DNA of 64,000 nt from the human T2T-CHM13v2.0 reference genome, Homo sapiens, in assembly GCF_009914755.1 (NCBI RefSeq), contig NC_060935.1. One strand, 5' to 3'. The notes below the pieces were generated by a model, which made no database searches, had not been told where the DNA came from, and saw nothing but the letters and a program-made list of their open reading frames with translations. A program made the translations under genes and the position numbers. Below, piece after piece: positions 1-13,110 of this stretch (the stretch's first letter is position 1; each line of letters opens with the position of its first letter).

Positions 1-1396
1 GGCCAGTGGCTGCGGAGGGTGTACTGGGTCCCCCAGCAGTGCCAGCCCACCGGCGCTGTCCTTGATTTCTCACCAGGCCTTAGCTGCCTTCCCGTGGGGC
101 AGGGCTTGGGACCTGCAGCCCACCATGCCTGAGCCTCCCACCACCTCCATGGGCTCCCATGTGGCCCAAGCCTCCCTGATGAGCGCCTTCCCCTGCTCCA
201 CAGCGCCCAGTCCCATAGACCACCCAAGGGCAGAGGAGTGTGAGCACATGGAGCGGGACTGGCAGGCAGCTCCACCTGCAGCCCCAGTGCGGGATCCACT
301 GGGTGAAGCCAGCTGGGCTCCTGAGTCTGGTGGGGACATGGAGAACCTTTATGTCTAGCCCAGGGATTGTAAATACACCAATCAGCACTCAGTATCTAGC
401 TCAGGGTTTGTGAATGCACCAATGGACACTTTGTATCTAGCTACCCTGGTGGGGCCTTGGAGAACCTTTATGTCTAGCTCAGGGATTGTAAACACACCAA
501 TCAGCACCCTGTGTCTTCCTCAGGGTTTGTGAGTGCACCAATTGACACTCTATCTAGCTGCTCTGGTGGGGCCTTGGAGAACCTTTATGTCTAACTCAGG
601 GATTGTAAATACACTAATCAGCACTCTGTATCTAGCTCAAGGTTTGTAAACACACCAATCAGCACCCTGTGTCTAGCTCATGGTTTGTGAGTGCACCAAT
701 CGACACTCTGTATCTAGCTACTCTGGCGCGGCCTTGGAGAACCTTTATGTCTAGCTCAGGGATTGTAAATACACCAATTGGCACTCTGTCTCTAGCTTCA
801 GGTTTGTAAACACACCAATCAGCACCCTGTGTCTAGCTCAGGGTTTGTGAGTGCACCAATCGACACTCTGTATCTAGCTACTCTGCTGGGGCCTTGGTGA
901 ACCTTTGTGTTGATACTCTGTATCTAGCTAATCTAAGTGGGGACATGGAGAACCTTTGTGTCTAGCTCAGGGATTGTAAATGCATCAATCAGCACCCTGT
1001 CAAAATAGACCACTCGGCTCTACCAATCAGCAGGACGTGGGTGGGGCCAGAGAAGAGAATAAAAGCAGGCTGCCTGAGCCAACAGTGGCAACCCACTCGG
1101 GTCCCATTCCACACTGTGGAAGCTTTGTTCACTCTTTGCAATAAATCTTGCTACTGCTCACTCTTTGGGTCCACACTGCTTTTATGAGCTGTAATACTCA
1201 CCACAAAGGTCTGCAGCTTCACTCCTGAGCCAGAGAGACCACAAACCCACCAGAAGGAAGAAACTCTGAACACATCCGAACATCAGAAGGAACAAACTCC
1301 AGATGCGCCACTTTAAGAGCTGTAACACTCATCGCAAGGGTCCGCGGCTTCATTCTTGAAGTCAGTGAGACCAAGAACCCACCAATTCTGGACACA
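1..1396 (+). mobile_element. LTR12 (ERV9 LTR, LTR12C-like); 5' end lies outside the window; solo or 3' LTR
   Basis: GC-rich U3, then ~40-bp tandem units (gagaacctttatgtctagctcagggattgtaaatacaccaatcagcac). The canonical LTR12 end ...gaccaagaacccaccaattctggacaca is at 1396. No PBS or internal sequence follows. Confidence 0.95.
340..1090 (+). promoter_or_regulatory. LTR12 U3 enhancer repeats and promoter
   Basis: About 10 intact CCAAT boxes (378-1027) alternate with TATCTA (GATA) motifs. GTGGGTGGGG box at ~1037-1046, AATAAAA TATA-like element at 1058-1064, polyA signal AATAAA at 1140-1145. Confidence 0.8.
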
Positions 1397-1779
1397 CTAG
1401 CATCTACTTTTAATTCTCCTATAACTTTCTGGGTGAACTTGTAATTTGCACTACAGCTTTTAATCTATTAAACTAAGAGATTGAATACATCATCTTTGGG
1501 ATTTATACTAGCTCTGACAATCTATAACAAAACTGGTGCAAATTAACGCTCAGCTAATTAAAAACAGTTTAACAAAAAGAGTTAGTAACCCAAAAGCTTA
1601 CTGTAACAAAGAAGCTAATATAAATAAAGGATATTGGCTAATAAAGAATTGTGGGGACTATGGCAAACTAGAGACAGCTACTACTGAGTGTTGCCTAATT
1701 CTGGCCAGGTGAAGTATGGACCCTGTGTTGTAAAACTGTCTGATATTTTTGGGAGAAAATGTAAATACAGATAACCTTA

Positions 1780-4380
1780 ATATACCAGTGTAAATTAAAC
1801 AAACCTAACTTGTAGGTAAAAACATTCCCACAAAAAATACTCCAGGTGCACATGCCTTCATTGGGGGAATTGTACTGCATATTTTTTTTAAAAAAAGCAT
1901 TAATCATAGACAAACTCTTTCAGAATATCGAAGAGACTAGAATGCTTTCAGCATTAACCTTATAACTAAACTCAACTCCCAAAAATTACAAAGGAAAAAA
2001 CACCTAAAAGATCAATATTCCTCTTGAAAAATGCTGCAAAAATTCTAAACAAAATATTAGCAAGTCAAATCCAACAACATATAAAACTGATAATACCAAG
2101 TGAGTTTTACTCCAGGAATGAAAGATTTATTTAACATTTGAAACTCTATTATTATACTTTACCATAGGAACAACCTAAAAAAATCATATTATCTTAGAAT
2201 ATACAGAAAAAGTATCTGTCAAAATTCAATGTTCATTCTTGGAAAAATCTCAGTAAACATAAATTAAGAGAATTTTCTGAATCTAATAAAGGGCATCTAT
2301 GAAAACCTACAACTAACTTCATACTTAATGGTAAAAGACTGGCTGTTTTTCTGCTAAGATTAGGAAGAAGACAAGGAAGTCTACTCTCACTATAACAATT
2401 AATTGAACTGTAATTACTAGCCATTGCAGTAAGACAAGAAAAAGAAAAAAAAAGACATCCTGTTTGAAAAGCAAGAAGACAGTCTACACTTACAAACAAC
2501 GTGATTATCTATATAGAAAACCCAATGGAGTTTACACCAGCAAAAGTTCTTAGAACTAGTAATTTAGTTTAGCAAGTCTGCCAGATATAAAACCAATATA
2601 CAAAAATAAATTGTATTTCTATATAGTAGTCATGAACAATCAGAAATTGAAGTTGAAAAAGTAATAACATTTTCGAGACCTAAAAAATGTAAAAATAAAT
2701 AGGAATAATCTGAAGAAATCTTTACAAGACCTGTAGCAAAACATTGCTAAGAAAAAATTTTAAAGACCAAAATAAATGGGGAGATATAATGTGTTCATGG
2801 AATAGAAGACTCCATAGTTTCTGATGTCAATTTTCCCCAAATTTATCTGTAGATTCAATGAAGCCCCAATGAAAACTGCCAGCTTGCCTTATGGTAGACT
2901 TTGACAATCTGATTTTAAAATTAATATAGAAATACAAAAGACTCTGAATATCCAAAACAACTTTGAAAAGGAAGAACAAAGTTAAAGTGTTAGTGCTACC
3001 AGATATTAAGACTTACTATAAAGCTACAATAATCCACATGGTGTGGTATTTGTATAAAGATAATATATCAGTGGATCGGATAAAATCCAGAAATAGAACC
3101 AAACATATATGGACTACTGTTCAATGGTGTATAGATTATTCAGTGAAAGGACAGTCTTTTCAACAAACTGTTCTTTAATAATTAGATATCAATATGCAAA
3201 AAAGTGAATATCAATCCATGCCTCACGTTATATATTAACTCAAAATGGATCTTAGATCTAAATTAAAACTTACAGCTATAAAACTTCTAGAATAAAACAC
3301 AATAGGAAATATTTGGGTTACGCAAGGAATTACTGTACAAAACACCAAAAGAACAATCTATTTTAAATATTAAAACATTGAACTTCATATAAATAAAAAT
3401 CTTCTGCTCTTTGAAAGATACTTATTTTAAAAGTCACCAAAACAAGCCAAAGATTGGGATAAAATATTTGCAAATCATTTACCTGACAAAGGATTTGAGT
3501 TCAGAATATGTACGTAACATAGAAAACTCAATAATGAGAAAACAAACTAATTTTTCTAATGGGCAAAAGATTTGAACAGATACTTATCAAAGAAGATAGA
3601 CAGAAAGCAAATAAATCAATGAAAGGATACCCAGTACTTAATATCATTAAGCATTAGGGAAATGCAAATCTAAAACACAACAACAACAACAAAAACACAT
3701 GCAACTTTTATATTTAAATTAAAATCTCTTACAAGCCAAGGTTTGATGAGGATGTGGAGGAACTTAAACTCATACACTCCTTGTGAAAATGTAAAATACT
3801 ACACCTGCTTTGAAAAATACTTTGGCAATTTCTTAAAATGTTGAACATACATCTATCTTATGATGTAGCTAGTTCACTCCTACGTAGTTACTAGAAATCA
3901 TATGTTCAGACTTCACAAGTGTTCAGAGCAGCTTTATATGGAATAGCCAAAATTTAGAAATAACCCAAATATTCATGAACATGCAAATAGATAAACAAGT
4001 AGCAATATCTTCCTACAAATACTACTCACAACAAAAAGGAATAAACTATTGATACATTTAATAACCAGATAAATATAAAAATAACTATGCTAAGTGAAAT
4101 AAACTAGATGAAAACAGTAAAAACTATATTATACACCCATATAAAATTCTAGAAAATACAAACTAATCTATACTGATTAAAAGTAGATCTACAGTGGCAT
4201 GCGAATGGTGAGAAGGTCAGGAATAAATAGAACAGAGGGTTTACAAAGTTTTATCATGAATTCTTTGGTGTGACAGATACGTTCATTATGTTGATTGTGG
4301 TCATGGGTGTGTGTATGTCAAAACTTACCAAATTAAATATTGTAATTTATTGTATGTCATTTATATCTCAATAAAGCTGT
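1780..4380 (+). mobile_element. Old L1M (L1MC/L1ME-type) 3' portion, degenerate ORF2 plus 3'UTR
   Basis: ORF2 remnants (LPDIKTYYKATII at 2963-3178). Ends in an old-L1 3' terminus ...ttatatctcaataaagctgt. Confidence 0.85.
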
Positions 4381-4749
4381 CTTTTTTTCTAATCACCTTT
4401 GAGAATTCATAAGCAAAAGCAGTCTTCATGTGAGTTGTTTGCTCGAAATCACACTACAAATTTTAAAAATAGCAAGAAATAGGCTGGTAGAAATAAATCT
4501 AAATATAACTCATCACATATCTATAAAAGGTTTAAATTTACAAGACAAAAGACAAAGATAGCCTACAAAAACTTGTCTAAAAATGAAACCACAAAGAGAA
4601 AACAGCAAAAGGCATACTAATTCAATATTAGTCAAAAGAAAGCTGGTGTAGTTATATTAATGTGATATAAATTATACTACGAGTCAAACAAAATTCTGAA
4701 GCATAACTAGATTAATTATAATGAAATAATGTATTGTAAAAATAAAAAC

Positions 4750-4915
4750 TAGAGAGAGTAGGAGGAAATTTTTGGAGGTGATGAATACGTTTATGGCATA
4801 GATTGTACTGATGGTTTCATAGGTTCATGCTCATCTTCAAGCTTATCAAATTGCAAATATGTACAGCTTTTTTATGGCAAACATACCTCAATAAAATAGT
4901 TTAAATAAAAATAAT
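4750..4915 (+). mobile_element. L1MD-like 3' end fragment
   Basis: ggaaatttttggaggtgatgaatacgtttatggcatagattgtactgatggtttcat...atacctcaataaaa resembles an L1M 3'UTR terminus. Confidence 0.6.
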
Positions 4916-5023
4916 AAAAGTTCGATTTGCCAGAATATATAAAAGTTTCAAACTAATAAATGCATAGTATTCTCTCAAAATACATAAAATAAAATTTGCA
5001 TGATTTATAAGAAATTTGTAAAT

Positions 5024-8000
5024 GATTAGCACTCTAGGTTCTGAATTGTAAGAAATTTCAAATCAATAACACAAGGAATTTTGAAAACCATAAAAACACA
5101 TGGAAATTAAACAATATGCTCCTGAATGACCAGTGGGTCAAAGAAGAAATTAAGAAGGTAATTGAAAATTTTCTTGCAACAAATGATAATGGAATCACAA
5201 CATACCAAAACCTATAGGATACAGCAAAAGCAATACTAAGAGAGAAGTTTACAGCTATAAATGCCTATATCAAAAAAGAAAAACTTCAAATAAACAACCT
5301 AATGATGCATCTGAAAGAAGTAGAAAGCAAGAGAAAATCAAATCCAAAATTAGTAGAAGAAAAGAAATAATAAAGATCAGAGTGGAAATAAATGAACTGA
5401 TACAAAGAAAGCAATATAAAAGGTCAATGAATGAAAAGTTGGTTTTTTGAAAAGATAAACAAAATTGGCAAAGCTCTAGCCAAAGGAAAAAAAAAAAGAG
5501 AGAAGACTCAAATAAAATCAGAGATGAAAAAGGAGACATTACAACTGATACCACAGAAATTCAAAGCATCATTAGAGGCTACTATGAGAAATTATATGCC
5601 AATAAATTGGAAAACCTAGGAAGAAATGGATAAATTCCTAGACAAATACAACCTGCTAAGATTTGACCATGATGAAATTCAAAATCTGAACAGATCATGA
5701 CAAGTAATAAAATAGAAGCCATAATAAAATGTCTCCCAGCAAAGAAAAGCCCAGGACCTGGCAGTGAAGATGGTTTCACTGCTGAATTGCACCAAACATT
5801 TAAAGAAGAACTAATACCAATCCTACTCAAACTATTCCAAAAAATAGAAAAGGAAGAAATACTTTCCAGCTTACTCTATGAGGATAGTATTACCATGATA
5901 CCAAAACCAGACAAAGATACATCGAAAAAAGAAAACTACAGGGCAATATCCCTGATGAACATTGATGCAAAAATCCTCAAAAAAATACCAACAAACTGAA
6001 TTCAATAACGCATTAAAAAGATAATTCACTATAAGCAAGTGGGATTTATCCCAGGGATGAAAGGATGGTTCAACATATGCAAATTAAACAATGTGATACA
6101 GCATATGAACAGGATGAAGGACAAGTACCATATGATAATTTCAATTAATGTTGAAAAAGCAGTTAATGAAATTCAACATCTGTTCATGATAACAACCCTT
6201 AAAAAAACTGGCTATAGAAGGAACATACCTCAACACAATAAAAGCTATATATGACAAGCCCACCGCTAGTATCAAACTGAATGGGGAAAAACTGAAAGTC
6301 TTTCCTTTAAGATCTGGAACATGACAAGGATGCCTACTGTCACCACTTTTAATCAATACAGTACTGGAAGTCCTAGCTAGAAGAATGAGACAAGAGAAAG
6401 AAGGGCATCCAAATTGGAAAGGGAGAAGTCAAATTATCCCTGTTTGCAGATGATATAATCTTAGATTTGGAAAAACCTAAATACTCCACCAAAAATTATT
6501 AGAACTGATAAACAGATTCAGTAAAGTTGCAAGATACAAAATCAACATAAAAAGTCAGTAGAATGTCTATATGCCAACAACAATCTGAAAAAGAAATCAA
6601 GAAAGTAATCCCATTTATAATAGCTACAAATAGAATTGAATAACTAGAAATTAGCTTTACCAAAGAAATGAAAGATCTCTACAATAAAAGCTATAAAACA
6701 TTGATGAAAGAAATTGAAGAGGCCACAGAAAATGGAAATATTCACGGATTGGAAGAATCATTATTTTTAACATGTCCATATTACCCAAAGAAAACTACAG
6801 ACTTAATATAATCCCTATCAAAATACCAACGGCAGTCTTCAGAGAAATAGAAAGAAAACGATCTTAACATTTATATGGAACCAGAAAACACCCCGAATGG
6901 CCAAAGCTATCCTCAGCAAAAAGAACAAAACTGGAGGAATCACATTCCTTGACTTCAAATTATAGTACTGAGCTAGAGTAACCAAAGCAGCATAGCACCA
7001 GGCATAAAAACAAACCCACAGAACAATGGAACAGAGAATATAGAACCCAGAATCAAATCCATACATCTACAGTGAATTCATTTCTGACAAAAATTTCAAG
7101 GACATTCAATGAGGAAAGGACAGTCTTTTCAATAAACGGTGCTGGGAAAACTGTGTATCCAGATGCAGAAGAATGAAACTAGATCCCTCTCTCTCATCAT
7201 ATACAAAAATCAAATCAAAATGGATTAAAGACTTAAAAAGACCTCAAACTATGAAACTACTTCAAGAAAACATTGGGGAAATTCTCCAGGACATTGGGAT
7301 GGACAAACATTTATTGATAATACCTCAAAAGCACAGGCAACCCAAACAAAACTAGACAAGTAGGATCACAGCAAGTTAAAAAGCCTCTGCATAGCAAAGG
7401 AAACAATCAACAAAGTGCAGAGGCAACCCACAGAAGAGAAAATATTTGCAAACTACCTATCTGACAAGAGATTAATAACCAGAATATATAAGTAGCTCAA
7501 ACAACTCTACAGGAAACAATCTAATAATCTGATTTTAAAATGGGCAAAAGATCTGAATACACATTTCTCAAAAGAAGACATACAAATGGAAAATAGTTGT
7601 ATGAAAAGGTGCTCATCATAACTGATCATCAGAGAAATGCAAATCAAAACTACAATGAGATATCATCTCATCCCCCATTAAAATGGCTTTTATCCAAAAG
7701 ACAGGCAATAACACATGCTGGTGAAGATGTGGAGAAAAGGAAACCCTCATACACTGATAGTGGGAATGTAAATTAGTACAACCAACAACCACTATGGAGA
7801 CCAGTTTGGAGAACAGTTCCTCAAAAAACTACAAATAGAGCTATCATGAGATCCAGCAATTCCAATGCTAGGTATACACCCAAGAGAAAGGAAATCAGTA
7901 TGTCAAAGAGAGATCTGCACACTTATGTTTATAGCAGCTCTATTCACAGTAGCTAAGATTTGGAAACAATCTAAGTGTCCATCGACAGATGAATAAAGAA

Positions 8001-8532
8001 AGAAAATGTGGCACATATACCTAATGAAGTACTATTCAGCCATTGATAAGAAGTAGATCCTGTCGTTTGCAAAAACATAGATGAAACTGGAGGTCATTAC
8101 GTTAAGTGAAATAAGCCAAGCACAGAAAGACAAAGTTTGCATACTCTCACTTATTGTAGAATCTAAAAATTAAAACAATTGAACTCATGGAGCTAGAGAA
8201 TAAAATGATGGTTACCAGAGGCTGGAAAGCATATTAGGGGTATAGAGGGGGAGTGGAGATGGTTAATGGTACAAAAAGTAGAATGAGTGAATAAGATCTA
8301 GTGTTTAATACCCCAACAGGGTAACTATTGTCAAAAATAATTTAATTGTAATTTTAAAAATAACTAGAAGAGTATAATTGGGTTGTTTGTAATACAAAGA
8401 AAGGACAAATGCTTGATGTGGTGGATACCCCATTTCCTCTCTTGTGACTATTGCACATTGTATGCCTGTATCAAAATATCTTATGTACCCTATCAATATA
8501 TACAGCTACTATGTACCCACAAAAATCTTAAA
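5024..8532 (+). mobile_element. 5'-truncated L1MA (L1MA2/3-like)
   Basis: Fragmented ORF2 ([12 protein letters not shown]; [12 protein letters not shown]). L1MA-type 3'UTR ends ctactatgtacccacaaaaat. Possible degraded TSD aagaaatttgtaaat (5009-5023) / aaggaatttacaaat (8533-8547). Confidence 0.9.
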
Positions 8533-9194
8533 AAGGAATTTACAAATCCACCATTAATATGAAAACATGTCAACCTACTTCTCTGAATAATTTATAAGGC
8601 AAGCTAATAGAGAGCTTGATAAATGATAGACAGATAGAAGATAGAGGAGAGAATAATGTATTCAATCACAAAATGCACAATTTTACAAAGAACTTTTAAA
8701 CGTTTGTTTAGATTACTATGTATTAGGCCATAAAGCAAGTCCAAATGCCCAAAAATGACTATAATGTAGACTGTATTTTCTTAAGTCATTTTAACTAAAC
8801 CAAAAGTTAATGTCACAATAACTTCATAAAATTATCAAATAAAATTATAAAATATAAAACAACGCATTTTAGAAATAACTTACAGGTCAAAATTAAACAT
8901 TAGGACATACTTAGAACTGAACGATAATAAAATACTTTGCATCAAATGTGAAGAATACCATTATAATGATATACAAAGAGAAATACTTTAAATTCTTAGG
9001 AAAAAAAGACTAAAAGTTAATTAGTTTAAGATGTTAGATAACAGAACAAGAACTTACACCAAAAAAAAGAAGAAAGGAACTGATAAAATAAGCATAATCT
9101 AATTAAATAAAAAACAAAAACAAAAGAAAAAATCAAGATCAAGAAAAAAGTGAGTACAAGCGAGATAATAAAATAATAAAAATAAAAAGGTCTA

Positions 9195-10076
9195 CAAGGG
9201 AGCTAAACAAAGCCAAACCCCATGCACTCAAGTCTTAGCAGGCATAACTATAGCCACCAATTACCTGGTGTGTTGGCAGCGTCAGGATTTTTGAAGCTGT
9301 CCTCACCCCCTTATTTCCTTCTGGTCTGTGTCTTCCAATCTAATAAACCAGTTTTTCCCCCTCTGGTCTTCAAGCTATCAAGCACCAGATGCTCCTCAGT
9401 GAGGATATCGTCCTCTTAATATTTAACAATCATCCTTTACAGGGGACCTCTAGACTGCCCATCAGTGGGACATGACAGAGATAAAATCCTGCCCCTGTCT
9501 CCCTTGAGGCTGGCTGGATACTGCTTTCACCAACTCATGGAAACAACTCAGCCCTGACAGCTGGCAAGTAGCCAAGACCCACACAGCCACCACCACCCCT
9601 CTGTCAGCAGGAAGCAGTTAGAGAAGACTGACCTTCATCCATTTTCTTCCGAAGATTTGGGGTCTTGGACTCTTGAGTGGGAAAATGTTACAGTGGGTAG
9701 CTAGTCAGGCATGCGTAGGACAGGAGAGGGCCTCCCCACACACACACACCAGAGTGTTGGGCAAGCATCAGGTGATGCTCAGGCGGTTGTTAACTGTTTC
9801 TCTTAAGTAATAATTGGTCACAGCTGGCGCCAGGAAAGGCAGTCTTCTACTAGATAGAAAACACCTGAAACTGATCAGCAGCTTCCCAATAAGATCCCAG
9901 AAGTAGCCAACATATTAAAAACCCCAAGTCAAGAGGTCAAGCTGAGCACTTGGTTTCTCAAATCATCTGTATGGCCCTCTCCCAAGTTTCACTTTCCTAC
10001 TTTTCTTTCCTTTCCCTCCTTTCCTTACTGTTCTGAAGATTTTTAATAAATTTTCACTACTGCTCTGAAAAAAAAG
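9195..10076 (+). mobile_element. MER50-type ERV1 3' fragment (internal + PPT + U3-R LTR + polyA), L1-mobilised retrocopy
   Basis: PPT gagtgggaaaa 9675-9685. LTR starts tgttacagtgggtagctagtcaggc at 9686. AATAAA 10045-10050, A-tail from 10068. Perfect TSD aataaaaaggtcta at 9181-9194 and 10077-10090. Confidence 0.85.
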
Positions 10077-10978
10077 AATAAAAAGGTCTAGTATTATAAA
10101 CATGACATGGCTGAATTTTTTAAAAAAGAACTATTATAAAAATATTATGCTAGCAAAATAAAAATTTTAGAGAAATGATCTGAAACTGACTCAAAGAGAA
10201 ATTTTAAAGATGTACTACTTATTGCACTATAGTAATGAAATCAGTACCTACACAAACACACACTCAAATACCTGGCCTATGAGCATTTAGAGGTAAGTTC
10301 TATCAAAATATAAAGAATAGATAATTTTGATCTATACAAACTTCTTCAGAGCAGGGTGGAGAGGGGAAACATTCCTGAGTCCATTTTGTGAGCTTAGCAT
10401 GTAAAATATTAATACCAAAACCTGATAAGGTAGCAGAAGAAAAAGAAAAACATAGGAAATCTCACTTATGATATAATCCTAAGCACTATCAGCAAACCAA
10501 ATGAGCAATGCATTTAAATATATCATGTCCAATATGAATTTAACCCAGAAATGCGAAAATGCTAAGCAATTGAAAATCTAACATAATTCACTGTACTACA
10601 AACATTGAAGATGAGAAGCCATATTATAGTCTTATTAGAAACAGCAAGGGTATTTGCCAAAAAACCAACACTCACTCATGATTAAACAAGCAAACAAAAC
10701 AACGAACAAACAAAAAGCTCTTCCCAGATTAGTAATAGAAGAGAATTTCCTGTATTTAGTAAAGGATGTCCTACAAAAATGCACAGCAAATATCATAATG
10801 GTAAAACTTTAGATTTCTTTTAAATATCAGGAAGCAATAAACATGTCCACTAATACTGCTTCTGTTAATCATTGTACTTGATGTTCTGGCCAGTACAATA
10901 TAAAAAGAAGTATATCTCACTTCAGGTACTGATCATTGTTTTGCTTGCTTTATAGCAAAATTCATAAACAGAACTGCA

Positions 10979-12429
10979 CAAAAGGTCTTCAAAAAGTTTA
11001 TGGAAATGCATACTATGAAAAAAACTACACATGAAGTTCAAAAATTTTTGCACAAAAATAAACTTGTACTAACTTGTTATAACGTGAATGAACAAGATCT
11101 AGTTTGAGGCACTAAGAAAAATAAGATGTTAGTTTGAAAAGAGCCCCAATGAGAGCAACAGGAACTCTGCTAAAATTGAAGCAAGAACATCAAATTTTAA
11201 GAAGCTTGGGTGGAAGAATGGTGAAATAATTAATGCTTTATGAAAAGTTTATGGGGAGCAATGCCCCCAAAAGATCAGCAGTGTACAAATGGATAACTCC
11301 TTTTAAGAAAGGATGAGATCATCTTTAAGATAAAGCCCACAGTGTCAGACCATCCACATCAATTTGTGACAAAAAATATTCCTCTTGTCTATGACCCAAT
11401 TGAAGAGGACTGGCAATTAATAGCACAAAGAGTAGCCAGAACCATAGACATCTCAGCTAATTCAGCTTACACAATTCTGACTGAAAAATTAAAGTTGAGC
11501 AAAATTTCCGTATCATGGGTGTCAAAACCATTGCACTACGATCAGTTGCAGACAACAGCAGAGCTTTCAATGGAAATTTTAAACAAATCAGATGAAGATC
11601 CTGAGACATTTTCTTAAAGAATTGTAACAGGGGATGAAATAAGGCTTTACCAGTACAGTCCTAAAGACACACCACAATCAAAGCAATGGCTAACAAGAGA
11701 TGGGAGTGCTCTAGTGAAAGCAAAAGTGGACTCACCAAAAGCAAAGGTCATAGCAAGAGTATTTTGGAATGTTCAAGGTATTTTACTTGTTGACTTTCTG
11801 GATGGCCAAAGAATTCAAACATCGGCTTATTATGAGAGTGCTTTGAGAACGCCAAAACTTCAGCAGAAGAACAGCTGGGAGAGCTTCACCAGAGAGCCCT
11901 TCTTTCCCAACAACAATGCTACTACTCATTCCTCTTGTCAATCAAGAGCAATTTTGTGAGAGTTTCAGTGGCAAATGATTGGACAACCACCTTACAGTCC
12001 TGATTCAGCTCCTTCTAACTTCTTTTTGTTTCCTAATCTTAAAAAGTCTTTAAAGGGCACCCATTTTTTCTTCAGTTAATAATGTAAAAAAGACTGAATT
12101 GACATGGTTAAATTCCCAAGACCTCTCCAGTTCTTTAGGAATGGACTAAATGGCTCGTATCATCACTTACAAAAATGTCTTGAACTTGATGGGGTTTATG
12201 TTAAGAAATAAAGTTTATCTTTTTTATTTTCATCTTTTATTTTATTATTTATTATTATTATTATTTATTATTATTTGGTGCACCTCCACTGCCCTACAGG
12301 GTCCTGAGACACTGTGTGAGATGAGGGAGATATTGATTTTTAATTTTTTTTGTAGAGGTGGTCCCTGTCCTCCAAGAGTACTTTTATGTTTCTGTTCTAT
12401 ATTTTCACAAACATTTTGATGTCCCCTTA
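10979..12429 (+). mobile_element. Hsmar2 mariner DNA transposon, near full length, transposase dead
   Basis: 5' ITR caaaaggtcttcaaaaagtttatggaaa and 3' ITR cacaaacattttgatgtcccctta|TA. Transposase motifs WVSKPL, IVTGDE and PPYSPDSAPSNF lie in broken frames. Confidence 0.92.
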
Positions 12430-12479
12430 TATATATATTCCCTATTTCCAATTCCTCTTCTCACATTTTCTTTAAGTGA

Positions 12480-12795
12480 TCTGTTAGTGGTATACATCTC
12501 ATGGGGCTTTCTCTTGTTGGTCTTAAATTGGAGGCAGAGATGAAAAAGTTAGGGAACTGTCAGTAATTAATCAAATCCTGACCATTCTGGGTTGATTGTC
12601 ACAGAAGTTATTGTTGGACTTTGTTGCGGAAGATCGTGGTCCAACTTTCTACAAATATGACTTGTAAAGAGTAGGATGGCTTCCTGGGCTTTCAATCAAC
12701 AATGTGTTGGTTTCTCTAGACAGGTTGCTGTAGATTGTGAGTCCAAGTTCTATTTTTATATATGGTGCGGCCACAGTCCATTTGCATATTTAGTC
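12480..12795 (-). mobile_element. ERV1-class LTR fragment (family not determined)
   Basis: The minus strand reads caaatggactgtggccgcacc...agcccaggaagcc...aataacttctgtgacaatc...gaccaacaagagaaagcc, typical of MER4-group LTRs. Confidence 0.45.
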
Positions 12796-12799
12796 TGTC

Positions 12800-13110
12800 A
12801 CCTAACACCTACTCTAATCACATCTTTATCCCCATGATTTCCCTGAAAACCATTCTTGTCGAGGTCTCCAATGACTAATTTTACTAAACCCATTTGTCGA
12901 TTCTTATCCTCATTTTATCTGCTCCATCAGCATTTGTCAATTGACTCCTCCTTCTTCCTGGAAATATTTTCCTCACCTGACTTCCAGAGTGCCATACTTA
13001 CTTGACTTTCCTTCTTTCGTATGATCTATTTTGTTCACCTCTGTAGCTCGAGTTTTTTTTTTTTAACAATGTTGGCTTAAATAATAGCAGGTGCTCAATA
13101 CATATTTGCA
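12800..13110 (+). mobile_element. L2 fragment
   Basis: aaccattcttgtcgaggtctccaatgac...ttcctggaaatattttcctcacctgacttcc. 3' end agcaggtgctcaatacatatttg. Confidence 0.7.

Larger units (their letters stand above)
4480..10915 (+). mobile_element. Highly decayed old L1M ORF2 (EN to RT), split by younger insertions
   Basis: EN remnant aaagaaagctggtgtagttatattaatg (KKAGVAILI-like) at ~4635. Collinear continuation at 8550-9180 and 10090-10915 (ataccaaaacctgataag; attgtacttgatgttctggccagtacaata). Confidence 0.7.

Noticed and set aside
62-388. Three overlapping ~90-100 aa ORFs
   Set aside because: Chance ORFs in the GC-rich U3 of LTR12, with no protein similarity that I recognise.
340-1000. Regularly spaced repeats resembling a CRISPR array
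   Set aside because: These are the LTR12 U3 tandem units. The intervening sequences repeat as well, there are no cas genes, and the DNA is primate.
11160-12200. Hsmar2 transposase as a SETMAR-like domesticated gene
   Set aside because: Multiple stops and frameshifts. SETMAR derives from Hsmar1, not Hsmar2.
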